Below are positions 6,690 through 12,900 of a DNA stretch of 13,374 nt, piece by piece. Position numbers and translations under genes: made by a program. Source of the DNA: Candidatus Promineifilaceae bacterium (lineage in GTDB: Bacteria > Chloroflexota > Anaerolineae > Promineifilales > Promineifilaceae); NCBI GenBank assembly GCA_050290485.1, contig JBNKHS010000073.1:1-13374 (forward strand), read 5' to 3'. The notes under the pieces were generated by a model. It saw only the letters and a list, made by a program, of their open reading frames with translations, did no database searches and had not been told where the DNA came from. The stretch's first letter is position 1; the number at the start of each line of letters is the position of its first letter.

Positions 6690-6735
6690 GGCGAACCGAT
6701 GTGTTCGCCTAGGGCAGACATACAGGTCTGTCCCT
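6690..6735. promoter_or_regulatory. Two adjacent dyad symmetries in the divergent promoter region between the membrane gene and the Crp-family gene. They are candidate operator sites.
   Basis: The first is GGCGAAC-cgatgt-GTTCGCC (6690-6709), a perfect 7-bp inverted repeat with a 6-bp spacer. The second is AGGGCAGAC-atacag-GTCTGTCCCT (6711-6735), an inverted repeat of ~9-10 bp with one inserted base. They lie 35-80 bp upstream of the membrane gene start and ~130-170 bp upstream of the regulator start. Confidence 0.35.
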
Positions 6736-6785
6736 ATCCAATGAATTTTCATTTATGGTGGCTATGGCGTGTCGATGAAGTCTCC

Positions 6786-6813
6786 TTGTATGAAAAGTAA
6801 GAGATTCTATAAT
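6786..6813 (+). promoter_or_regulatory. Sigma-70-like promoter for the Crp/Fnr-family gene.
   Basis: TTGTAT (6786-6791), a 16-nt spacer, then TATAAT (6808-6813). A predicted transcript start near 6820 leaves a ~43-nt leader before ATG 6863. Confidence 0.4.
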
Positions 6814-6862
6814 GGGTGCGTCGTAAATATAAACCTGATCTCAAAAAAGGGAAAGTCAATTT

Positions 6863-7549
6863 ATGCCACAAACCGATTCTTCCAGCAAAGTTGGTTATTT
6901 GTCGAGTATTCAAGTGTTTCGTGATTTAACACCAGAAGATTTGGCAATGATGGACAAACAAACCACAATGTCCACTTGTCAATCGGGTAAGATTTTTTAT
7001 ATGCCTGAAGATAGTGGGGAAGTGTTGTTCCTGTTGAAAAAAGGACGTGTGCAGTTGTACCGCATTGCCCCCAATGGGAAAAAACTGGTTGTGGCGACAT
7101 TAGGCCCTGGGGCAATATTTGGTGAAATGTCTTTGGTAGGCCAAGGCATGCACAATACCTTTGCGGAATCCATTGACGAATGTTTGTTGTGTGTGATGAG
7201 CCGTTCTGATGTGGAACGGCTGGTCCGCGAGAAGCCAGAAGTTGCCTTTCGTTTTGTTGAGGCGATGGGAAATCGTTTGACCCAATTGGAGGCGCGTTTA
7301 GAGGATATTGCTTTCAAAAGTATTCCTGCGCGTCTTGCTAACTTATTGCTCGATTTGGATAAAGAACAGGGAAACAAAGATATTGTCAAAGGGTTTACGC
7401 ATCAAGATTTAAGCGAGATGTTGGGCACGTACCGCGAAACGATTACACAGACTTTGAATGATTTCAAAGCCGATGGCTTAGTCGATATTGGCCGTAAAAA
7501 AGTGTATTTAGTGAATAGAGCCGCCTTGCAAGAGATGGCGGAACTATAG
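6863..7549 (+). CDS. Crp/Fnr-family transcriptional regulator (cNMP-binding domain plus C-terminal HTH), 228 aa.
   Basis: The cyclic-nucleotide-binding beta-roll is 'GKIFYMPEDSGEVLFLLKKGRVQLYRIAPNGKKLVVATLGPGAIFGEMSL'. The C-terminal HTH is 'FTHQDLSEMLGTYRETITQTLNDFKADGLV'. The recognition-helix residues are R-E-T-I-T-Q, so it is not a canonical CRP/NtcA-type recognition helix. Confidence 0.9.
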   Translation: MPQTDSSSKVGYLSSIQVFRDLTPEDLAMMDKQTTMSTCQSGKIFYMPEDSGEVLFLLKKGRVQLYRIAPNGKKLVVATLGPGAIFGEMSLVGQGMHNTFAESIDECLLCVMSRSDVERLVREKPEVAFRFVEAMGNRLTQLEARLEDIAFKSIPARLANLLLDLDKEQGNKDIVKGFTHQDLSEMLGTYRETITQTLNDFKADGLVDIGRKKVYLVNRAALQEMAEL

Positions 7550-7557
7550 CCATGAGT

Positions 7558-7651
7558 GCCCATTCACAGAATAAATGCTTCGCTTGCGAATTGGTGAATG
7601 GGCTTAAAGTAGCCGTTCGGTTCAAAACTGCTAAGTTAATTCCCAACGGCT
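7558..7651. other. Two long-loop hairpins between convergent genes. They are possible transcription-termination or RNA-stability structures.
   Basis: GCCCATTCAC (7558-7567) pairs with GTGAATGGGC (7594-7603) across a 26-nt loop. AGCCGTT (7611-7617) pairs with AACGGCT (7645-7651) across a 27-nt loop. No U-tract follows. I call this region weakly. Confidence 0.25.
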
Positions 7652-7668
7652 ACTAAGCGACTCACAAT

Positions 7669-9081
7669 TTATGCTTTGGCATAGCGCAAAGATAGGTTTG
7701 TTTTAATGACATTTGCCAGGATGTCGGGGCGCATGAGCAGGGTTGGTGGCGCGATCATGTGTTGCACCCGGAAAAAGGCATCGGTAATTTTGATGTTATG
7801 CGGCATTGCTTTGAGCACCATTTTGAAGTAACGACCAATCAATTTGGAGGCAGGGTCTAATTCCTGTTTGCCTTCTGTGTTCGGCCAGCGCATATCTTCA
7901 TTGGTTGCGGTTTGCCAGGGGATGGCCAGTTCTTTTTTGAGTTGTTTCTGGAATTTTGCGGCCAATCCAGCCAGTTCGTTGTCATTAGCTTGTTGTGTTT
8001 GCTCGCTGAGGCATTGGTCCAGGAGTTGGCTGGCAACTGCGGCTAGGGTCATGCCTTGACCGTATACTGGATTGAGGGCGTAGACGGCATCGCCTACAGC
8101 GACGAAGCCTTCCAGGTAGCGATCAAGTTTGTCGTAACGGCGCAGCCGATTTTCTGCATTGCGATACCCCCAGATGGGTGAAACGGCCGTTGCTTCTTTG
8201 ATGGCGTCGTACACAGCTGGGGAGACGAGGGATTGGGCAAATTCCAAAAATCCAGCTTCATCGGTGGGTGGGTGATCGCCATTCATGCCGATGAGGGAAA
8301 GATGCCACAGATTACCTTCCATGGGGAGGATGATTGCACCGCGTGTAACTTCTGGCGGGTTGGGCATGATGTACAATGTTTTCCACTCTTCGGTGAATGT
8401 TGGCGGAATTTCGTAGATGCGGGTGGCGTAACCAGGAAAGGCGTTAACACTTTGTTCTGCTGGTGGTGTGTATCCCAGTTGGGTAAACCATTGGGGTGCT
8501 TTTGAGGATCGCCCGCTGGCATCGACAACAAGTTCGGCAGGGATATCTTGAATACGGCCGGTTACGCGATTACGAATTTGGATACCAATAACGCGCTGAT
8601 CGCCATCATCGGTGCAAAGCGATTCAACTTCGCTGTTTGCTTTGAAGGTAATGTTCGGATTTTCAGCCACACGTTGGTAAATAGTGTAATCGAGCAGACG
8701 GCGGCTGGCAGCAATGGCTTCCATGGGTGTGTCGTAATGCGGGAGCCAACCATCGGGAAAGCGCATTTTAAGGTCGTTGCCAAAGTTCAAGCGGTTGGCG
8801 CCACCGGCGAGTAAATTTTGCCGGAAGCCAGGAAAATGTTCTTCCAAAATTCGTTCGCCCCGCAGCAGCAGGATGTGTGGGTGGCGGGCTTGCGGAACAC
8901 CTTTGGAAAATTCGGCACCGTTTGCTAGCTCGCTGCGTTCGATGATGGTCACTTGGGCAAAATGTTTAGATAGGACATGGGCAGCTGTTAAACCAGCCAC
9001 GCTGCCACCAATGACGACGGCACGCGCAAAGGGTGCTTCTGTGTTATTTGGGGTGAATGGGGATGGGAATTCGCTAGACAT
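7669..9081 (-). CDS. FAD-dependent oxidoreductase / monooxygenase of the PHBH (p-hydroxybenzoate hydroxylase) fold, 470 aa.
   Basis: The N-terminal dinucleotide-binding motif is 'AVVIGGSVAGLTAAHVL' (GxGxxG). A later motif 'FVAVGDAVYALNPVYGQGMTLAAVAS' (GD...P..GQG) is typical of flavin monooxygenases. An AAGGAG SD lies 8 nt upstream of the ATG (complement of 9079-9081). The stop TAA is the complement of 7669-7671. There is no WxWxIP halogenase motif. Confidence 0.85.
   Translation of the reverse strand: MSSEFPSPFTPNNTEAPFARAVVIGGSVAGLTAAHVLSKHFAQVTIIERSELANGAEFSKGVPQARHPHILLLRGERILEEHFPGFRQNLLAGGANRLNFGNDLKMRFPDGWLPHYDTPMEAIAASRRLLDYTIYQRVAENPNITFKANSEVESLCTDDGDQRVIGIQIRNRVTGRIQDIPAELVVDASGRSSKAPQWFTQLGYTPPAEQSVNAFPGYATRIYEIPPTFTEEWKTLYIMPNPPEVTRGAIILPMEGNLWHLSLIGMNGDHPPTDEAGFLEFAQSLVSPAVYDAIKEATAVSPIWGYRNAENRLRRYDKLDRYLEGFVAVGDAVYALNPVYGQGMTLAAVASQLLDQCLSEQTQQANDNELAGLAAKFQKQLKKELAIPWQTATNEDMRWPNTEGKQELDPASKLIGRYFKMVLKAMPHNIKITDAFFRVQHMIAPPTLLMRPDILANVIKTNLSLRYAKA
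8183..8190. repeat. ACGGCCGT iterated palindrome, copy 10 (AACGGCCGTT).
   Basis: tgaAACGGCCGTTgct. It lies in the FAD-oxidoreductase CDS and is read A-T-A-V-S. Confidence 0.9.
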
Positions 9082-9171
9082 ACAAATAACTCCTTGTTGT
9101 TATAAATGTGGTGCAATAGGTTGCACAGGTTTATTATCCAGTTAAACATCCCTTAATCGTCCCACTTCTCG

Positions 9172-9189
9172 ATTTAAGCGTAGATCAAT
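9172..9189. repeat. 18-bp direct repeat with a palindromic core, copy 1 (ATTTAAGCGTAGATCAAT).
   Basis: It matches 9761-9778 (ATTTAAGCGTAAATCAAT) at 17 of 18 positions. The core ATTTA-agcg-TAAAT is a 5-bp-arm dyad, perfect in copy 2. Copy 1 lies ~90 bp upstream of the FAD-oxidoreductase start codon on the minus strand. Confidence 0.45.
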
Positions 9190-9197
9190 CTGGGATA

Positions 9198-9230
9198 GGT
9201 TTAGTCCAGCTTTTGCCTTTTTTAGTCCAG
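9198..9230. repeat. Tandem direct repeat TTTAGTCCAG x2, spaced 21 bp centre to centre.
   Basis: TTTAGTCCAG occurs at 9200-9209 and again at 9221-9230, two helical turns apart. It is a candidate regulator-binding site upstream of the FAD-oxidoreductase gene. Confidence 0.3.
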
Positions 9231-9320
9231 AATTTGGGGAGATAGCTGTTAGCGAGGGATGGGAAACAGAGAATATTCAACGCCAAAAACCGTTTTCGAT
9301 TACCCGTGAACCATTTGAAA

Positions 9321-9328
9321 ACGGCCGT
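9321..9328. repeat. ACGGCCGT iterated palindrome, copy 11 (AACGGCCGTT), intergenic.
   Basis: ttgaaAACGGCCGTTcca. Confidence 0.9.
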
Positions 9329-9474
9329 TCCAAGAAAAACGCATCCAAGAGTATACAAACAAAAATGCGCCTCTACCCAATTACACTATAACTATTGAGC
9401 AAACGCGCTAGCATTTTGTAATGACCAAATCAATTTACGGAATTATTATCACTATCCCATGGCCAAGAGATCCG

Positions 9475-9645
9475 CTACACGAATTGCCCATATCGGCTAC
9501 AAATCTTTACTAACCAACGATCCTTCATAAGCGGCCAGATGAACATTGTGACCATGTTGGTCATTGCTTTCAAAATAATAAAAATAAACGTCATCCTGAT
9601 ACAAAACGCGGTGGCCCAACCAGCGACAACGAACAACTTTTTCAT
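9475..9645 (-). CDS. Possible small hydrophobic protein (56 aa from the MKK start, 66 aa from the first ATG), unknown function.
   Basis: This is the only ORF in the 880-bp intergenic region. The product 'MKKLFVVAGWATAFCIRMTFIFIILKAMTNMVTMFIWPLMKDRWLVKICSRYGQFV' has two hydrophobic stretches. A weak GGAAG lies 4 nt before the MKK ATG (complement of 9643-9645). I see no homology, so it could be a chance ORF. Confidence 0.25.
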   Translation of the reverse strand: MKKLFVVAGWATAFCIRMTFIFIILKAMTNMVTMFIWPLMKDRWLVKICSRYGQFV

Positions 9646-9760
9646 ACGCTTCCACTTCACTAGATCACTTCTCATCCTTTATTCGATTTGATCTAATCCA
9701 CCTCTGCCAATTATTGATTTGCAAGTTAAACGTGCTCCCTTCTAGAGCCATGCGGATTGA

Positions 9761-9778
9761 ATTTAAGCGTAAATCAAT
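9761..9778. repeat. 18-bp direct repeat with a palindromic core, copy 2 (ATTTAAGCGTAAATCAAT).
   Basis: See copy 1. Copy 2 lies ~200 bp upstream of the TPR-peptidase gene start. Confidence 0.45.
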
Positions 9779-9944
9779 ATATGTGTATCCCCAGAAAGTG
9801 ATGATTGTTCAACAAGCAAAATTTAATAACCAATGTATTACATAAAGCAAACGTAATTGCCACTGCTCGCATTTTATCGAACGACTTGATCCAGCTTACT
9901 TATTTATGGTATGTTCCTGTGAAAAAATCCAAATTAGTTGATTA

Positions 9945-9952
9945 ACGGCCGT
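9945..9952. repeat. ACGGCCGT iterated palindrome, copy 12 (AACGGCCGTT), 26 bp upstream of the TPR-peptidase start codon.
   Basis: attAACGGCCGTTtta. Confidence 0.9.
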
Positions 9953-9977
9953 TTTATTGGGAGCTGAAAGTAGAATC

Positions 9978-12900
9978 ATGAAAATCGAATCTCATCAATT
10001 AACGCCCATTCGGGAGCTTTATAACAGTGGATCCTATCTGCAGGCCTATCAGGTTGCTGAAAAACGAGGTCCATTAAATGAATGGGAAGGAAGCGAAGCA
10101 CGCATATTAGCAGGAAGATTAGTTGCCCATTTAGGAGCACCTCGTTTAGCTCATTACCATTACTTAAAAGCGTATCGGGAAACGCCAGCTGAGCCAGAAG
10201 TACGCTATTACTACGCCCTATACCAGCTGCATCGACGTGGACCATACGCCACTTGGCAAACATTGAAGCAATTTGATGATTTAGATAGCGAGCCCGACGA
10301 CATCCTCGCCTCCAGATACGCTTTAGTTGCGGAAACAGCGGCAATCCTGCGTGATTTTACAACAGCGGAAACATGGATAATGCGTGCAAAAGAGATCACA
10401 CCAAACTCTCCTTGGGTATATCAAACCTATGCTCAAGTTAGGCATTATGCAGATAAGCATCAAGAATCGCTCGACTTACTGCAGCACGCCCTGACTTTAC
10501 ATCCCTGGTATCGCCCAGCAGTGCAAGCCACGGCACACACCCTCACCCTGTTGGGACGAGATGATGAAGCAATCGAATTTTTAAAACAAGCCGATCAACA
10601 TATCGAATGTAGCGGCGTCGTTGCCCAATTAATAGGACTACAAATCGAACAAGAACAATACGAGGATGCACACCTTCATTTGGAACGTGTTTTGCAACTC
10701 ATGCCCTTGATGGAAAAACAGATGGGGCAATGGATAGCTGGCGTACAATCCACTTTAGCATACTTTCAAAATGACATTGACGCGGCCATCATGTATGCTC
10801 AAAAAACGGGGGATTCGTTTCATGAAAAAATTGCCCACCATTTAATGGAAACGAAAGACAAACCAACAGAACGCAAGGTATTACCTGTTGGTTTTGTACG
10901 CCAACATCATATGACTTGTGCTCCAGCAACACTTTCCGCAATCAGTGGATATTGGTCAATGCCTGCTGAGCATCTACAAGTTGCAGAGGAAATATGCTAC
11001 AACGGAACATCTGCTTACAACGAACGACGTTGGGCAGAAGAAAATGGTTGGTATGCACGGGAATTCACGATCACAGCCGCCAACACAAAAACATTAATTG
11101 ATCATGGCATTCCCTTCACATTCGCAACTGTCGATCTAGGTAATGCCCATTTACAAGCAGTTTTAGGCTACGATGAGCGTCGGCAAACATTATTGGTTCG
11201 CGATCCTTATAGTCGCCACTCTCGCGAAGGCTTGACCACCGCGCTTTTAGAAAGATACGCGGCAACTGGGCCTCGGGGAATGGCCTTGGTCCCTACCCCA
11301 CAAAAAGAGGTGCTCGCCCAAATCGATTTATTGGAAAGTGATATTTGGGATCTTCTTCATCAGTTTGATGGCGCACTTGAAACCCATAAACTGAAACAAG
11401 CGACAGCGATACTTGAAGAAATGAAGCATAAGGACACAACAGGACGCCTCACTTTAGACGCAACCTATCGCCTAGCTATTTATAACAGTAATCCAGTGGC
11501 CATGTTAGCTGCTGTGGAAGATCTGTTGGCGCTTTACCCCGAAGATGAACGTTTGCAATTCAGTCGTTTAAAACATTTAAAGGATTTAACGCGACACAGC
11601 GACCTGCTTTCAGCTTATGCACAAATATGCCAAAAGCCAAATGTTCATCCCATCTTCTTAGAAGGATACGCCCAGGAAATTACCCATGATGCCCGTACAC
11701 AAGAGAAAGCAATTTCTTTATTACGAAAAGCATTGCAAAGGTGGCCCACAAAAGAATCAATCTATATCGCTTTAGCCGATGCGCTCTGGAATCAACGTGA
11801 ATTTGACGAGGCATTAGAATTGTATCGTTTCGCCGCCTGCCTGAATGATAAGGATGAATTCTTGGCACGATCCTACTTTACGGCAGCCCATTTCAGAAGA
11901 GAAACGGCCGTTGCCCTAAACTTTTTACAACTTCGATATCAACGTCTTGGCCAACAATCGAATTTCCCTGCCAGAACGTTGGTTTGGGCTTACGAACGCA
12001 TTGATCAGCGCATTGATGCCTTACAAGTTATTGATGAATCCTTGCAGCATTGGTCAGATAATGGGGACTTCCTTCTTTTTGTTGCTGATTTCTATGGCCA
12101 TTTAAGTAATGAATATCGAAAACGTGCCTTTGCGTTATTAAAAAGGGCAAAGAATAACTCCAAGCAGCAAGAATGGCTACGAACTGCCGCTCGGATAACG
12201 GCCGTAAATGCAGATTTACCACGCTCATTAAGCTTATGGCAAGAAGTATTAAAACAACAACCCTTAGCAATGGATGCGCATGAATCTATTGCCAATTTAT
12301 TGCTCAAAATAGAAGGGCGCGAGGCAGCTATTGCCCATCTCCAACAGGCAGTGGATGCCTATCCATACCATCACCCGCTTCATCGTTTATGGCTATATTG
12401 GCTACGAGATGCACCAGCGGAGGTTGCTGCCCCCGCATTTCGTCGCGTTATCGCGATGGACAATTCCGATGCGTGGGTACAGCGACAATATAGCTATTTT
12501 CTTATTGAGCAGCGTCAATTTCAAGAAGCAGCACAAGTGGCCGAAACTGCATATGAGCTTGATCCAGTCCACCCGGCTTATCATCATTTACAAGGATTGC
12601 TATTAAAAAAACAAGGCAATTTAGAAGAGGCAAAGCAAGCTTTTTACCAATCCATTCGGTTGGCGAGTAACATCGAACCCTCAGTTGCCGACTTGCTCAG
12701 TTGTTGTGACTCAGCAGATGAACAGCGGAATGCACTTGAGTTTGTGCGCAAAGAATTGATGAGCAAAGTCCTTTTAGGCGATGAGATGCTAATGTATCGT
12801 GCTTACGGCTCTCGTTTGCTAGATCCCCAGGAGATGTTGTCCCAATTACATGATGTCTTGTTGGCTCAGCCAGGATTAGCACAAACGTGGTCAGCCTACA

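Noticed and set aside
7669-9081. Flavin-dependent halogenase identity for the FAD enzyme.
   Set aside because: It has the GxGxxG and GD...GQG motifs of the PHBH fold, but I could not find the WxWxIP motif characteristic of tryptophan-type halogenases. It is called a generic monooxygenase or oxidoreductase.
6657-9977. Canonical CRP/FNR boxes (TGTGA-N6-TCACA or TTGAT-N4-ATCAA) near the Crp-family gene or its neighbours.
   Set aside because: I found none by eye in the intergenic regions. The regulator's recognition helix (RETITQ) also differs from CRP and NtcA, so its site is probably different.
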